Assembly: GCA_052093725.1 (NCBI GenBank)
Contig: JBQDHL010000001.1
Span: forward strand, 9,911-57,884
Direction: 5' to 3'
Source of the DNA: Jeotgalicoccus sp.
GTDB taxonomy: Bacteria > Bacillota > Bacilli > Staphylococcales > Salinicoccaceae
DNA: 47,974 nucleotides
Made by a program: the position numbers and the translations under genes. Positions 9,458 through 21,645 of this stretch are shown here, piece by piece. The notes under the pieces are model-generated. The model was not told the origin of the DNA. It saw only the letters and a list, made by a program, of their open reading frames with translations, and made no database searches. The stretch's first letter is position 1; every line of letters begins with the position of its first letter.

Positions 9458-12400
9458 TTGATAGATGTTAATAGATTTAAATATATGAAAATTGGTTTGG
9501 CGTCACCGGAAAAGATTCGTTCATGGTCTTTCGGTGAAGTAAAGAAACCGGAAACAATCAACTACAGAACATTAAAACCGGAACGTGATGGTTTATTCTG
9601 TGAGAAGATTTTCGGACCAACAAAAGACTGGGAATGCAGCTGTGGTAAATACAAACGTGTCAGATACAAAGGCATGGTTTGTGACCGCTGCGGAGTCGAA
9701 GTTACACGCGCTAAAGTAAGACGTGAAAGAATGGGGCATATCGAACTTGCTGCTCCAGTAACTCACATTTGGTACTTTAAAGGAATCCCGTCACGTATGG
9801 GTCTTCTTTTAGACATGTCACCCCGCTCACTTGAGGAAATTATCTATTTCGCATCTTACGCTGTAATTAAGCCGGGACCTACTGGTCTCGAGCCTAAACA
9901 GTTGTTAAGCGAACGTGAGTACCGCGAGTATTACGATAAATTCGGTAATACTTTTACAGCGAAAATGGGTGCTGAAGCAATTAAAGATCTGCTTAACCAA
10001 ATTGATTTAAATGCAGAACTTGAACAGCTTAGAAAAGAACTGGAAACAGCGACAGGACAACGTCTGACTCGTGCGATTAAACGCCTTGAAGTCGTTGAAG
10101 CATTCCGTCATTCAGGGAATGATCCAACATGGATGATTCTTGATGTGCTGCCGATTATTCCTCCGGAAATCCGTCCTATGGTTCAGCTTGACGGCGGACG
10201 TTTTGCAACGAGTGATATGAACGACTTATACCGTCGTGTAATTAACCGTAACAACCGTCTGAAACGCCTTCTTGATTTAGGGGCTCCTGGAATTATCGTC
10301 CAAAACGAAAAACGTATGCTGCAGGAAGCTGTAGATGCGCTTATCGATAACGGACGCCGTGGCCGTCCTGTTACAGGACCGGGTAACCGTCCGCTTAAAT
10401 CACTGTCTCATATGCTTAAAGGTAAGCAGGGACGTTTCCGTCAGAACCTTCTTGGTAAACGTGTTGACTATTCAGGACGTTCAGTAATCGTTGTTGGACC
10501 AAGCCTGAAAATGTATCAGTGTGGTCTGCCGAAGGAAATGGCGTTGGAACTGTTCAAGCCTTTCGTTATGAAAGAACTTGTATCACGTGATTTAGCGACT
10601 AACATTAAAAATGCCAAAGGTAAGATTGAGCGCATGGAAAATGAAGTATGGGATGTTCTGGAAGATATAATTGCCGAGCACCCGGTACTGTTAAACCGTG
10701 CACCAACACTTCACCGTCTTGGTATTCAGGCTTTCGAAGCGAAATTAGTAGAGGGCCGTGCAATCCGTCTGCACCCGTTAGTTACAACAGCATATAACGC
10801 TGACTTTGATGGTGACCAGATGGCAGTACACGTTCCATTATCTAAAGAAGCACAGGCTGAAGCACGTATGCTGATGCTCGCTGCTCAAAACATTCTTAAC
10901 CCTAAAGATGGTAAGCCGGTAGTTACGCCTTCACAGGATATGGTACTTGGTAACTACTACTTAACACTTGAGCGCGAAGAGATGAAGAACGAAGGACATA
11001 TCTTCAAGAGTATCGATGAAGTTGTGATGGCTTACCAAAATGGTTACACATCACTTCATACACGCATTGGACTTCACACGCAGATATTGTCTGAAGAAAA
11101 AGTTTCATCTGAAAATAAAGGTAAAATATTAATGACGACTGTCGGTAAAGTAATATTTAACCAGATCATGCCGCCGTCATTCCCATATATTAACGAACCT
11201 ACACGTGAAAACTTAGAGCGTAAAACGCCAAACAAATATTTCATCGACGGTAAAGACATAGGTGAACATGGTTTAGCTGAAAAAGTCCAGGAAATGCCGC
11301 TTGTTTCTCCATTCGACAAGAAATTCCTTGGACAGATTATCGCTGAAGTCTTCAATAAGTTCCACATTACAGAAACATCTGTAATGCTTGACTTGATGAA
11401 AGACCTAGGTTTCAAATACTCAGCGAAAGCTGGTATTACAGTAGGGGTTGCAGATATCGTTGTACTTCCTGAAAAACAGGTAATCATCGACGAGACTGAA
11501 GAAAAAGTTGAAAGAGTTCAGAAACAGTTCTCACGCGGTTTAATTACTGAAGAAGAACGTTACAATGCTGTAATCGATCTCTGGACGAAAGCGAAAGATA
11601 TTATCCAGGATAAACTGATGGCATCATTACACCGTCTGAACCCGATCTTCATGATGAGTGACTCGGGTGCCCGTGGTAACGCGTCAAACTTTACACAGCT
11701 TGCTGGTATGCGTGGACTCATGGCTAACCCGTCTGGTGAAATCATTGAACTTCCGATTAAATCAAGCTTCCGTGAAGGACTGACAGTACTCGAGTACTTT
11801 ATTTCAACTCACGGTGCGCGTAAAGGTCTTGCCGATACAGCACTGAAAACTGCTGACTCAGGTTATCTGACACGCCGTCTTGTTGACGTAGCTCAAGATG
11901 TTATCGTAAGAGAAGAAGATTGTGGTACGGATAAAGGACTGCACGTTTCTGCACTGACAGAAGGTACAGAACTTATCGAACCTCTAATCGACCGTTTAGA
12001 AGGCCGTTATGTGAAAGAAACAGTTAGACATCCGGAAACAGAAGAAGTAATTCTCGGCAGTAACGAATTAATTACGCCGGAACTTGCTAAAGAAATCGTT
12101 AACAGCGGACTTGAAGAAGTTTATATCCGTTCAGCATTTACATGTAATACACGTCACGGTGTATGTGAACGCTGTTATGGTAAAAACCTTGCGACTGGTG
12201 AAAAAGTTGAGGTCGGCGAAGCAGTTGGTACAATTGCCGCTCAATCAATTGGTGAGCCGGGTACACAGCTTACTATGCGTACATTCCACACAGGTGGGGT
12301 AGCAGGTAGCGATATTACACAAGGTTTACCGCGTATCCAGGAATTATTTGAAGCTCGTAATCCGAAAGGACAAGCGCAAATTTCAGAAATTCATGGTACG

Positions 12401-13078
12401 GTAACGGAAATTGAAGTCGTTAAAGACCGTCAGCAGGAAGTTAAAGTTAAAGGTGAGCACGAAACGCGTACTTATATGGTACCGGGAGCTGCACGCCTGC
12501 TGGTTGAAATTGGCGATAAAGTCGGTCCAGGTGAAGTGTTAAACGAAGGTTCAATTGAACCGAAACAGCTGCTTCAAGTTGCTGGTTTAAATACGACACA
12601 GGAATATCTGCTTAAAGAAGTACAGAAAGTATACCGCATGCAAGGGGTAGAAATCGGTGATAAGCACGTTGAGGTTATGGTTCGTCAAATGCTGCGTAAA
12701 GTACGCATTATCGATGCCGGAGACACTACGTTATTACCGGGTGCTTTAGTAGAGATTCACACGTTTACTGACGCTAACAAAGAAATATTCAAGAAGAGAA
12801 AACGTCCGGCAACGGCAAAACCAGTACTTCTCGGTATTACGAAAGCATCTCTTGAAACTGAAAGCTTCTTGTCAGCTGCCAGCTTCCAGGAGACAACTCG
12901 TGTACTGACAGATGCAGCAATTAAAGGGAAACGTGATAACCTTCTCGGTCTTAAAGAGAACGTTATTATCGGTAAACTTATTCCTGCAGGTACGGGAATG
13001 CCTAAGTATAAAGACGTAGAAATAAAAGTAGCTGAAAAAGCAGTATCAGAAGGCGAAGTTGTTCTTACAGAAGATTAA
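9458..13078 (+). CDS. rpoC: RNA polymerase beta' subunit
   Basis: Catalytic NADFDGD motif; N-terminal Zn-finger cysteines; TTG start after AGGGAGG. Confidence 0.99.
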   Translation: MIDVNRFKYMKIGLASPEKIRSWSFGEVKKPETINYRTLKPERDGLFCEKIFGPTKDWECSCGKYKRVRYKGMVCDRCGVEVTRAKVRRERMGHIELAAPVTHIWYFKGIPSRMGLLLDMSPRSLEEIIYFASYAVIKPGPTGLEPKQLLSEREYREYYDKFGNTFTAKMGAEAIKDLLNQIDLNAELEQLRKELETATGQRLTRAIKRLEVVEAFRHSGNDPTWMILDVLPIIPPEIRPMVQLDGGRFATSDMNDLYRRVINRNNRLKRLLDLGAPGIIVQNEKRMLQEAVDALIDNGRRGRPVTGPGNRPLKSLSHMLKGKQGRFRQNLLGKRVDYSGRSVIVVGPSLKMYQCGLPKEMALELFKPFVMKELVSRDLATNIKNAKGKIERMENEVWDVLEDIIAEHPVLLNRAPTLHRLGIQAFEAKLVEGRAIRLHPLVTTAYNADFDGDQMAVHVPLSKEAQAEARMLMLAAQNILNPKDGKPVVTPSQDMVLGNYYLTLEREEMKNEGHIFKSIDEVVMAYQNGYTSLHTRIGLHTQILSEEKVSSENKGKILMTTVGKVIFNQIMPPSFPYINEPTRENLERKTPNKYFIDGKDIGEHGLAEKVQEMPLVSPFDKKFLGQIIAEVFNKFHITETSVMLDLMKDLGFKYSAKAGITVGVADIVVLPEKQVIIDETEEKVERVQKQFSRGLITEEERYNAVIDLWTKAKDIIQDKLMASLHRLNPIFMMSDSGARGNASNFTQLAGMRGLMANPSGEIIELPIKSSFREGLTVLEYFISTHGARKGLADTALKTADSGYLTRRLVDVAQDVIVREEDCGTDKGLHVSALTEGTELIEPLIDRLEGRYVKETVRHPETEEVILGSNELITPELAKEIVNSGLEEVYIRSAFTCNTRHGVCERCYGKNLATGEKVEVGEAVGTIAAQSIGEPGTQLTMRTFHTGGVAGSDITQGLPRIQELFEARNPKGQAQISEIHGTVTEIEVVKDRQQEVKVKGEHETRTYMVPGAARLLVEIGDKVGPGEVLNEGSIEPKQLLQVAGLNTTQEYLLKEVQKVYRMQGVEIGDKHVEVMVRQMLRKVRIIDAGDTTLLPGALVEIHTFTDANKEIFKKRKRPATAKPVLLGITKASLETESFLSAASFQETTRVLTDAAIKGKRDNLLGLKENVIIGKLIPAGTGMPKYKDVEIKVAEKAVSEGEVVLTED

Positions 13079-13137
13079 TTTTAACGGACGATATTGATAA
13101 GAGAAAACATGCATTTATGGGTCAAATGTATGTGCCA

Positions 13138-13163
13138 AAGCCGCTCCGTAACAGGGGCGGCTT
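13138..13163 (+). terminator. Hairpin/terminator after rpoC
   Basis: AAGCCGCTCC-GTAACA-GGGGCGGCTT; the U-tract is weak. Confidence 0.55.
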
Positions 13164-13268
13164 CCTTATAAAAAACTACTTGGAAATCCGGGTTTTTAAT
13201 AGCCAGGAGAAGATATTTATGTTAATCTATTTATGTCTTAGCGATATGGATTTTTATATCGGGAATGC

Positions 13269-13298
13269 TTGACATAAAAGTTGCCTCGATGGTATTAT
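13269..13298 (+). promoter_or_regulatory. sigmaA promoter of the str operon
   Basis: TTGACA-18 bp-TATTAT with extended -10 TG. Confidence 0.7.
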
Positions 13299-13447
13299 AG
13301 TTAAGGTTACTTTATGAGGGCTATGTGCCTGATCATAAAGGAGACAAGTTGTATTTTTGTAAGATTTAAATCTTACAGATTTTTTATACTTTAAAAATGA
13401 ACCACCTGGATGTGTGGATTAAGAAAAAGAGAGGAGGACATTCGATT

Positions 13448-13867
13448 ATGCCAACTATTAATCAGTTGATCAGAAAGTCACGCAGTACTAAATCACAGAA
13501 ATCTGCATCGCCTGCATTGAACAGAGGTTTTAACAGTCTTAAGAAACGCGTTACTACTGACGCTGCGCCACAAAAACGCGGTGTTTGTACACGTGTAGGT
13601 ACTATGACTCCTAAAAAACCAAACTCTGCTTTACGTAAATATGCACGTGTTAGATTATCTAATAACATTGAAGTAAACGCGTATATTCCTGGAATTGGTC
13701 ACAACCTGCAAGAACATAGTGTTGTACTTATCCGCGGAGGACGTGTTAAAGACTTACCGGGGGTACGTTATCACGTAGTTCGTGGTGCGCTTGATACTTC
13801 AGGTGTTGAAGGACGCAGACAAAGCCGTTCACATTACGGTGCTAAAAAACCTAAAGCTGACAAGTAA
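13448..13867 (+). CDS. rpsL: 30S ribosomal protein S12 (ATG start at 13448)
   Basis: [28 protein letters not shown]; SD GAGGAGG. Confidence 0.99.
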   Translation: MPTINQLIRKSRSTKSQKSASPALNRGFNSLKKRVTTDAAPQKRGVCTRVGTMTPKKPNSALRKYARVRLSNNIEVNAYIPGIGHNLQEHSVVLIRGGRVKDLPGVRYHVVRGALDTSGVEGRRQSRSHYGAKKPKADK

Positions 13868-13936
13868 TATTCAGTCCCTTTAGTTACGAAAGTAAACTTG
13901 AAAAAATGATAAAAAAAGATTGGAAGGAGGATAATT

Positions 13937-14407
13937 ATGCCACGTAAAGGTCCAGTACCAAAAAGAGATGTATTACCGGATCCGATTCACAATTCTAAAC
14001 TTGTGACTAAACTCATCAACAAGATGATGATCGACGGTAAACGAGGAACTTCGCAAAAAATTCTTTATAATGCATTTGCACTAGTACAAGAACGTTCTGG
14101 TAAAGATGCTATGGAGGTTTTTGACGAAGCGATTGAAAACATTATGCCACTACTTGAGGTTAAAGCACGCCGTGTTGGTGGGTCAAACTACCAAGTACCG
14201 GTTGAAGTTCGTCCAGAACGCCGTACTACTCTTAGCTTACGTTGGCTTGTGAACTACGCACGTCTGCGTGGGGAAAAGACAATGGAAGAAAGATTAGCTA
14301 ATGAAATTCTAGATGCTGCAAACAACACAGGTGGAGCAGTTAAGAAACGCGAAGAAAGTCATAAAATGGCTGAAGCTAACAGAGCATTTGCACACTACCG
14401 CTGGTAG
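13937..14407 (+). CDS. rpsG: 30S ribosomal protein S7
   Basis: [32 protein letters not shown]. Confidence 0.99.
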   Translation: MPRKGPVPKRDVLPDPIHNSKLVTKLINKMMIDGKRGTSQKILYNAFALVQERSGKDAMEVFDEAIENIMPLLEVKARRVGGSNYQVPVEVRPERRTTLSLRWLVNYARLRGEKTMEERLANEILDAANNTGGAVKKREESHKMAEANRAFAHYRW

Positions 14408-14466
14408 GATGCTTTGCCCTTTAGTATTTAAATCTAATCCAAACCTGGAAGGAGAAAAGAATACTC

Positions 14467-16548
14467 ATGGCAAGACCATTCACTTTAGAAAATACTCGTA
14501 ATATCGGTATCATGGCTCACATCGATGCTGGTAAAACTACGACTACTGAACGTATTCTTTATTACACAGGTCGTATCCACAAACTTGGAGAAACGCACGA
14601 AGGTGCTTCGCAAATGGACTGGATGGCGCAGGAGCAGGAACGTGGAATCACGATCACATCTGCTGCGACAACAGCCGAGTGGGATAACCACCGTGTAAAC
14701 ATTATCGATACACCGGGACACGTAGACTTCACTGTTGAAGTTGAGCGTTCATTACGTGTACTTGATAGTGCGGTTACAGTACTTGATGCACAATCAGGTG
14801 TTGAGCCACAAACAGAAACTGTATGGCGTCAAGCGACAACATACGGCGTTCCAAGACTTGTATTCGTAAACAAAATGGACAAAGTTGGTGCTGATTTCCA
14901 GTATTCAGTAGGCACTATCAGAGACCGTTTACAGGCGAATACACACCCAGTACAAATCCCTATTGGTGCTGAAGATAATTTCTCAGGAATCATTGATCTT
15001 GTAGAAATGAAAGCGCACCTTTATCCAAACGATTTAGGAACTGATATTGAAACAGTTGAAATTCCTGAAGAGCACATGGAAAGAGCAGTAGAAGCAAGAG
15101 AAGCACTTATCGAAGGTTTAGCTGACGTTAATGAAGACGTTATGGAAAAATACCTCGGTGGAGAAGATTTCTCTGTAGAAGAACTTAAAGCAGCTATTCG
15201 TCAAGCTACTTTAGATGTAGTTTTCTACCCTGCACTTTGTGGTACTGCATTTAAAAATAAAGGTGTTCAATTACTGCTTAACGCGGTAGTAGATTACCTG
15301 CCATCTCCATTAGACGTTAAACCGATTGTCGGTCATAAAGTGGATAATGAAGATGAAGAATATATTGCAAAACCAGATGATTCTGAGCCGTTTGCAGCAT
15401 TAGCGTTTAAAGTATTGACAGATCCATTCGTTGGTAAACTTACTTTCTTCCGCGTGTACTCAGGTACACTTGATGCTGGTTCTTACGTACAGAACACTAC
15501 TAAAGGTAAACGTGAACGTGTTGGCCGTATCTTACAGATGCACGCTAACTCACGTGAAGAAATCGCAACTGTTTACTCAGGCGATATCGCTGCTGCAGTA
15601 GGTCTTAAAGACACTGGTACAGGTGACACTCTTACACAAGAAAAACTTGAGATAATCCTTGAATCTATGGAATTCCCTGAACCGGTTATTCACTTATCGG
15701 TTGAGCCGAAGTCTAAAAGCGACCAGGACAAGTTAACGACTGCACTTGTTAAATTGCAAGAAGAAGATCCGACGTTCACTGCCAGAACTGACCAGGAAAC
15801 TGGACAAGTTATTATCGGCGGTATGGGTGAACTTCACCTGGACGTACTTGTTGACCGTATGAAACGTGAATTCAAAGTTGAATGTAACGTTGGTGCGCCA
15901 ATGGTATCTTACCGTGAAACATTTACAGTACCTGCTAAGGTACAAGGTAAATTTGCCCGCCAATCTGGTGGTCGCGGTCAGTTCGGTGATGTTCACATTG
16001 AATTTACTCCAAACGAACAAGGTGCTGGTTTCGAATTCGAAAACGGTATCGTCGGCGGGGTAGTTCCACGTGAATATATTCCATCCGTAGAAGCTGGACT
16101 TAGAGATTCAATGGAAAACGGTGTACTTGCCGGCTATCCATTAGTTGACGTTAAGGCTAGACTTTACGATGGTTCTTACCACGATGTCGATTCATCTGAG
16201 ATGGCGTTTAAAATCGCTGCATCACTTGCACTGAAAGAAGCTGCTAAAGTTTGTAAAGCTGTTCTTTTAGAGCCGATGATGAAAGTTGAAATCGTTATGC
16301 CTGAAGAATATTTAGGTGACATCATGGGTGACGTAACAAGCCGTCGCGGACGTGTAGATGGTATGAACGCTCGTGGTAACGCTCAAGTCGTTAACGCATT
16401 CGTTCCACTTTCTGAAATGTTCGGTTACGCAACGTCATTACGTTCAAACACTCAAGGTCGCGGTACTTACTCAATGGTATTCGACCACTATGAGCAGGTT
16501 CCTAAATCAGTATCTGAAGAAATCATCAAGAAAAATACTGGTGAATAA
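14467..16548 (+). CDS. fusA: Elongation factor G
   Basis: [28 protein letters not shown]. Confidence 0.99.
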   Translation: MARPFTLENTRNIGIMAHIDAGKTTTTERILYYTGRIHKLGETHEGASQMDWMAQEQERGITITSAATTAEWDNHRVNIIDTPGHVDFTVEVERSLRVLDSAVTVLDAQSGVEPQTETVWRQATTYGVPRLVFVNKMDKVGADFQYSVGTIRDRLQANTHPVQIPIGAEDNFSGIIDLVEMKAHLYPNDLGTDIETVEIPEEHMERAVEAREALIEGLADVNEDVMEKYLGGEDFSVEELKAAIRQATLDVVFYPALCGTAFKNKGVQLLLNAVVDYLPSPLDVKPIVGHKVDNEDEEYIAKPDDSEPFAALAFKVLTDPFVGKLTFFRVYSGTLDAGSYVQNTTKGKRERVGRILQMHANSREEIATVYSGDIAAAVGLKDTGTGDTLTQEKLEIILESMEFPEPVIHLSVEPKSKSDQDKLTTALVKLQEEDPTFTARTDQETGQVIIGGMGELHLDVLVDRMKREFKVECNVGAPMVSYRETFTVPAKVQGKFARQSGGRGQFGDVHIEFTPNEQGAGFEFENGIVGGVVPREYIPSVEAGLRDSMENGVLAGYPLVDVKARLYDGSYHDVDSSEMAFKIAASLALKEAAKVCKAVLLEPMMKVEIVMPEEYLGDIMGDVTSRRGRVDGMNARGNAQVVNAFVPLSEMFGYATSLRSNTQGRGTYSMVFDHYEQVPKSVSEEIIKKNTGE

Positions 16549-16674
16549 TTCTTATACTTGATTTTTAAGAATAAATGCTATATAAGTGTTGTAAGAAAGA
16601 CTTCGAGACGGGTATATCCCGTTCTCGAGTTTTAAATAAAAAATAATGTTCTATATAAGGAGAGGTATTTTACA

Positions 16675-17859
16675 ATGGGTAAAGAAAAATTTGACCGTTC
16701 TAAAACGCATGCCAACATTGGTACTATTGGTCACGTTGACCACGGTAAAACAACTTTAACAGCTGCTATTGCAACTGTATTATCTAAACACGGTGGCGGA
16801 GAAGCACAAAGCTACGACATGGTAGACAACGCACCTGAAGAAAAAGAGCGTGGTATTACAATTAACACGTCTCACGTCGAGTACGAAACTGAAACTCGTC
16901 ACTATGCACACGTAGACTGCCCAGGACACGCTGACTATGTTAAAAACATGATCACTGGTGCTGCACAAATGGATGGCGGAATCTTAGTAGTATCTGCTGC
17001 TGATGGCCCAATGCCACAAACTCGTGAGCACATCCTTCTTTCACGTAACGTAGGTGTACCTGCACTTGTTGTATTCTTAAACAAAGTTGACATGGTAGAC
17101 GACGAAGAATTACTTGAATTAGTTGAAATGGAAGTTCGTGAATTACTTTCAGAGTACGACTACCCTGGCGACGACATTCCAGTAATCGCTGGTTCAGCTC
17201 TTAAAGCACTTGAGGGTGTTGAAGAGTACGAAGAAAAAATTCTTGAACTTATGGCTGCTGTTGATGAGTACATTCCAACTCCGGAACGTGACTCTGACAA
17301 GCCATTCATGATGCCTGTTGAGGACGTATTCTCGATCACTGGTCGTGGTACTGTTGCTACAGGACGTGTTGAACGTGGTAAAGTTAAAGTCGGCGAAGAA
17401 ATCGAAATTATCGGTCTTGTTGACTCTAAGAAAACAACTGTTACAGGTGTTGAAATGTTCCGTAAGCTTCTTGATTACGCTGAAGCTGGTGATAACATCG
17501 GTGCTCTTCTACGTGGTGTTGCACGTGAAGACATCCAGCGTGGACAGGTTTTAGCTGCTCCAGGATCAATCACACCACACACAAACTTCACTGCTGAAGT
17601 TTATGTTCTTTCAAAAGAAGAGGGTGGACGTCATACTCCATTCTTCACTAACTACCGCCCACAGTTCTACTTCCGTACAACTGACGTAACTGGCGTATGT
17701 AACTTACCTGAAGGAACTGAAATGGTTATGCCTGGTGACAACGTTGAAATGACAGTAGAACTTATTTCACCAATCGCTATTGAAGACGGTACTCGTTTCT
17801 CAATCCGCGAAGGTGGACGTACTGTAGGATCAGGCGTTGTAACTACAATCCAAAAATAA
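16675..17859 (+). CDS. tuf: Elongation factor Tu
   Basis: [24 protein letters not shown]. Confidence 0.99.
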   Translation: MGKEKFDRSKTHANIGTIGHVDHGKTTLTAAIATVLSKHGGGEAQSYDMVDNAPEEKERGITINTSHVEYETETRHYAHVDCPGHADYVKNMITGAAQMDGGILVVSAADGPMPQTREHILLSRNVGVPALVVFLNKVDMVDDEELLELVEMEVRELLSEYDYPGDDIPVIAGSALKALEGVEEYEEKILELMAAVDEYIPTPERDSDKPFMMPVEDVFSITGRGTVATGRVERGKVKVGEEIEIIGLVDSKKTTVTGVEMFRKLLDYAEAGDNIGALLRGVAREDIQRGQVLAAPGSITPHTNFTAEVYVLSKEEGGRHTPFFTNYRPQFYFRTTDVTGVCNLPEGTEMVMPGDNVEMTVELISPIAIEDGTRFSIREGGRTVGSGVVTTIQK

Positions 17860-17887
17860 TAATTTTTGAATAGTTATAGCTATAAAG

Positions 17888-17923
17888 AAAAAAGAGCTGA
17901 GATTTTATCTCAGCTCTTTTTTT
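17888..17923. terminator. Bidirectional intrinsic terminator between tuf and the amidohydrolase operon
   Basis: A-tract, GAGCTGAGAT-TTT-ATCTCAGCTC, T-tract. Confidence 0.88.
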
Positions 17924-17944
17924 GTGCTCTATTTTATTTTAATG

Positions 17945-19117
17945 TTATCTTTTATCGAAATTTATAACTGCTTTTAAGAGTATCTCAACACCTGTTTTCA
18001 TTCCCTCTTCATCGATATCGAACATCGGATGGTGATGGGGTATATCTGCTTTTTTCTCACTGTTGCTGACACCGGTGTAGAAATAACAACCCGGTTTTTC
18101 CTGGATAAAGTAAGAGAAATCTTCCCCACCCATCGCAGGCCCGACTTCTTCAACGCCTGAGACGAATGCTGCATCTTCTCTGACGTTATCAACAACGTAG
18201 TCGAGAAGTGCATGATCGTTTTTCATCGATGGATAGCCGTACATAATTTCAAGGTCGGCATTGACATTGAAACTTGCGCTGATGCCGAGGCATATTTGTT
18301 CAAGGCGCTTGGCCACTATATCTCTTACTTCCTGTGTGTAAGTTCTGAATGTACCTTTAAGCTCCGACTTGCCCGGAATAACATTGAATACTGTGCCGGC
18401 ATTATACGCGCCGAGTGTCACGACTGCCGAATCGAGGGGACTGACAGAACGGGAGACAATCGTCTGTATTTGCTGAATCAAAGACGCAGAAGCAATAATA
18501 GGGTCATGTGTGACCTGCGGTGTCGCACCATGCCCGCCTAGTCCGTTTACAGTGATTTTAAACGAGTCTGCGTTCGCATACATCGTATCGTAGTTATATT
18601 TAATCGTCCCGACGGGGAATTTAGTGGAAACGTGAGTACCGAATACATAATCGACATCGTCGAGTGCACCGTCTTCAATCATTGCTTTAGCACCGCCCGG
18701 CAGCAGTTCTTCGGCATGCTGATGTAAGAATACAACGTTGACCGGCAATTCTTCTTTATGTTCTGATAAAATTTTAGCTATCGTAATTAGCATAGCCGTA
18801 TGTGCATCATGTCCACATGCATGCATTACGCCGGGAGTTTTTGATTTGTACGGGACGTCTTTTTCATCGTGGATGGGCAGTGCATCAAAATCCGCGCGCA
18901 GTGCGATTGTTTCAAAATCATCATTAACTTGCAGACGCGCAACGATACCATTTCCTCCGACGTCCTGTCTGATATCCAGACCGAAGTCTTTTATCTGGTC
19001 GTAAATCCATTTTTTTGTATTCATTTCCTGGAAAGATATTTCAGGATGCTGATGCATGTATCTACGAAGCTCCACCATAGAATCATAGTGTTCATTTATT
19101 AGTTGTTTAATATCCAT
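17945..19117 (-). CDS. M20D-family amidohydrolase (paralog 3)
   Basis: LRADFDALP, HACGHD, HAEE, GGEDF, PHHHP. Confidence 0.9.
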   Translation of the reverse strand: MDIKQLINEHYDSMVELRRYMHQHPEISFQEMNTKKWIYDQIKDFGLDIRQDVGGNGIVARLQVNDDFETIALRADFDALPIHDEKDVPYKSKTPGVMHACGHDAHTAMLITIAKILSEHKEELPVNVVFLHQHAEELLPGGAKAMIEDGALDDVDYVFGTHVSTKFPVGTIKYNYDTMYANADSFKITVNGLGGHGATPQVTHDPIIASASLIQQIQTIVSRSVSPLDSAVVTLGAYNAGTVFNVIPGKSELKGTFRTYTQEVRDIVAKRLEQICLGISASFNVNADLEIMYGYPSMKNDHALLDYVVDNVREDAAFVSGVEEVGPAMGGEDFSYFIQEKPGCYFYTGVSNSEKKADIPHHHPMFDIDEEGMKTGVEILLKAVINFDKR

Positions 19118-20304
19118 TATTGGGACTCCTTTTCTAAATATGTAAATACAGATTCCAGCATAACGTTCACTGCATTGACCATCCCTTTTTCATCGATATC
19201 AAAATGAGCATGGTGATGTGGGAAATCTGCTTTGAAACTTGAGTTTCTAACACCTGTATAAAAGAATGTGCCTGGGACGCGCTGCAGATAATAAGAAAAA
19301 TCTTCACCGCCGAGGTCCGGTTCAAGTCTGATAGTTTCATTGACAGTGGAAATTCTGCCGGCACTTTCGACAACGATATCGGTCATTTCATCATCGTTGA
19401 CTACAGGAGGATAGCCTTTCATGTAATCGAGTGTGTACGAGACACGGGTAGTTGTAACGAGCCCTTCAAGCGTCCGGTTAAGTTCTTTAATCATCAGGTC
19501 CTGCATCTCATGATTAAACGAGCGGATTGTTCCGCCGATAGTTACTTCATCGGGAATAACATTATGCTGATTGCCGGCATTGAACATCGTTATTGAGAGG
19601 ACGACAGAGTCCATTGCATTCGTGCGTCTTGTCACGGCGTACTGAAGCTGGTTGCAGAGGGCAATACCTGCTGCGACGGGATCAATCGTGTCATGAGGAC
19701 GTGAAGCGTGTCCGCCGCGACCTTTTAAAGTAATCGTAAAGTCGTCGGGTATCCCTGTCGCTGTACCGTACTTATAGCCGATTTTACCCACGTCGAGTGA
19801 TGTTGAGACGTGCTGGCCGAAAATAGCATCCACGCCGTCAAGACAACCGTCTGCAATCATCTGAATCGCACCGCCGGGATCAACTTCCTCTGCGTGCTGA
19901 TGAATAAAAACGATATTGCCTTTCAGTTCGTCCTTCATCTCGCTGAGAATTTTAGCAGCAGTGAGTACAATTGCTGTATGTGCATCGTGGCCGCATGCGT
20001 GCATTACGCCGGGAACTGTCGACTTATATGGTGTATCTTTTAAATCCTGAATCGGCAGGGCATCGAAATCCGCTCTTAATGCGATTGTCGGGAGTGACTC
20101 ATCGACAATCAGTCTGCCGACCACGCCGCGTCCGCCGACACCTTCCTGTACTTCGATGTCGAGACTGCGCAGATAATCTGCTATATAAGCAGGGGTATGA
20201 ACTTCTTTAAAAGACAGCTCAGGGTACATGTGAAGATGTCTGCGAAGCTGGACCATCTCGCCGAACTGTTTATTTACTGCTGATTCAATTGATTTTACAT
20301 CCAT
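19117..20304 (-). CDS. M20D-family amidohydrolase (paralog 2)
   Basis: LRADFDALP, HACGHD, HAEE, GGEDF, PHHH. Confidence 0.9.
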   Translation of the reverse strand: MDVKSIESAVNKQFGEMVQLRRHLHMYPELSFKEVHTPAYIADYLRSLDIEVQEGVGGRGVVGRLIVDESLPTIALRADFDALPIQDLKDTPYKSTVPGVMHACGHDAHTAIVLTAAKILSEMKDELKGNIVFIHQHAEEVDPGGAIQMIADGCLDGVDAIFGQHVSTSLDVGKIGYKYGTATGIPDDFTITLKGRGGHASRPHDTIDPVAAGIALCNQLQYAVTRRTNAMDSVVLSITMFNAGNQHNVIPDEVTIGGTIRSFNHEMQDLMIKELNRTLEGLVTTTRVSYTLDYMKGYPPVVNDDEMTDIVVESAGRISTVNETIRLEPDLGGEDFSYYLQRVPGTFFYTGVRNSSFKADFPHHHAHFDIDEKGMVNAVNVMLESVFTYLEKESQ

Positions 20305-21482
20305 TTAATCACCGATTCTTTTTCTAAGATCTTCATAAACATCATCAATGCTGTTTCCATTGCATCTTCATCGATGTCAAACATGTCGGTATGGTGGGCA
20401 GGTGTCGTTTTCTTGACTTCGTTACCTGTACCCGTATAGAAAAAAGCACCGGGCTTATCTAAAATATAATAAGAGAAATCTTCACCGATCATTAAAGGAT
20501 CAGCTTCTTTAAAAGGCAGGTCGAGATCTTTAGCGGCTTCTTCGATAACTTGAGCTTCTTTTTCGTGATTGATTACAGCGGGGTAACCGAATGTATATTT
20601 CATATCAGCAGTTGCACCGCGTTTTTTAGTAGTATATTCGACTTCGTTTTTAAATATTTCATATATTTTTTCTTTAACTTCCTGTTTGAATGTCCGTACG
20701 GTACCGATGATTTTAACGGTATCGGGAATAACATTGAACGCATCTCCGCCCCTCACACTGCCGACAGTAACGACAGCATTGTCAATCGGTGAAATCTGAC
20801 GTGATACTGCAGTCTGCAGATTGGTAATCAGTTCTGCGGCAATGACAATCGGATCGACTGTTAAATCGGGATATGCTGCATGTCCTCCGGAACCCTGGAG
20901 CGTAATGTAGAAACCGTCGGGGCTTGCTATCATTGCGCCTGCTGTTGTTTGTACTTCATGCGTATCGAACTGGCTCCAGTAATGCTGGCCGTATACTTTA
21001 TCGACACCCTCAAGAGCATTGTCATCAACCATAGCTTTAGCTCCGCCCGGCTGCTCTTCTTCGCCGTACTGGAAAATAAACGATACAGTACCGCTTAGAT
21101 TGTCCTTATTAGCCACTACAGCGTCGACGAGGCCTAAAAGGGTACTTGTATGACCATCATGACCGCAAGCGTGCATAGCCCCCGGATTTTTCGATTTATA
21201 AGGGACGTCTTTCTGGTCTTCAATCGGGAGTGCGTCAAAATCAGCACGAACAGCAATATGGGGGCTGCCTGAGCCAATAGAAGCAACGATACCGGCACCT
21301 TCGTTGTCATCGTTTTTACCGACGTTTTCACGAATGTTTAATTCAGGATGCTGCTTCAGCTTACCTAAAATAAACTGGTACGTTTCTTTTTCTGTAAATG
21401 ATACTTCCGGATGCATGTGCATATGTCTTCTGTTCGTAACCATCTCGGGAAGTTTTGATGATGCGATATCTTTAATACTCAT
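20295..21482 (-). CDS. M20D-family amidohydrolase (paralog 1)
   Basis: VRADFDALP, HACGHD, YGEE, GEDF, AHH. Confidence 0.9.
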   Translation of the reverse strand: MSIKDIASSKLPEMVTNRRHMHMHPEVSFTEKETYQFILGKLKQHPELNIRENVGKNDDNEGAGIVASIGSGSPHIAVRADFDALPIEDQKDVPYKSKNPGAMHACGHDGHTSTLLGLVDAVVANKDNLSGTVSFIFQYGEEEQPGGAKAMVDDNALEGVDKVYGQHYWSQFDTHEVQTTAGAMIASPDGFYITLQGSGGHAAYPDLTVDPIVIAAELITNLQTAVSRQISPIDNAVVTVGSVRGGDAFNVIPDTVKIIGTVRTFKQEVKEKIYEIFKNEVEYTTKKRGATADMKYTFGYPAVINHEKEAQVIEEAAKDLDLPFKEADPLMIGEDFSYYILDKPGAFFYTGTGNEVKKTTPAHHTDMFDIDEDAMETALMMFMKILEKESVIKWM

Positions 21483-21598
21483 GATTGAACCTCCATAACT
21501 ATTTTCTATTCATATTATCAGAGCGCGCCAAAGTTTAAAATATAAACCGTTTAAAAATTAGAAAATTACAACAATATAAAAAAATTGTTATCATTCAA

Positions 21599-21623
21599 GG
21601 AAAGCGCTTATATATGATAAAAT
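21599..21623 (+). promoter_or_regulatory. Extended -10 promoter of kbl-tdh with an adjacent cre-like (CcpA) site
   Basis: GGAAAGCGCTTATA is a partial match to TGWAANCGNTNWCA and is followed by TG-A-TAAAAT. Confidence 0.4.
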
Positions 21624-21645
21624 ACAATGTAAGGAGGGGACGTAT

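Noticed and set aside
13310-13340. Kink-turn (L7Ae-binding) in the str leader hairpin
   Set aside because: GA dinucleotides are present, but the 3-nt bulge geometry does not fit a standard K-turn.
7250-13867. Rifampicin or streptomycin resistance alleles in rpoB/rpsL
   Set aside because: The rifampicin cluster I segment and S12 PKKPNS/RVKDLP read as wild-type.
1994-17554. Many antisense or alternate-frame ORFs inside nusG, rpl, rpo, fus and tuf genes
   Set aside because: Shadow ORFs of strongly codon-biased genes; no RBS or recognisable motifs.
21553-21567. CodY box between the amidohydrolases and kbl
   Set aside because: Four mismatches to AATTTTCWGAAAATT in AT-rich DNA.
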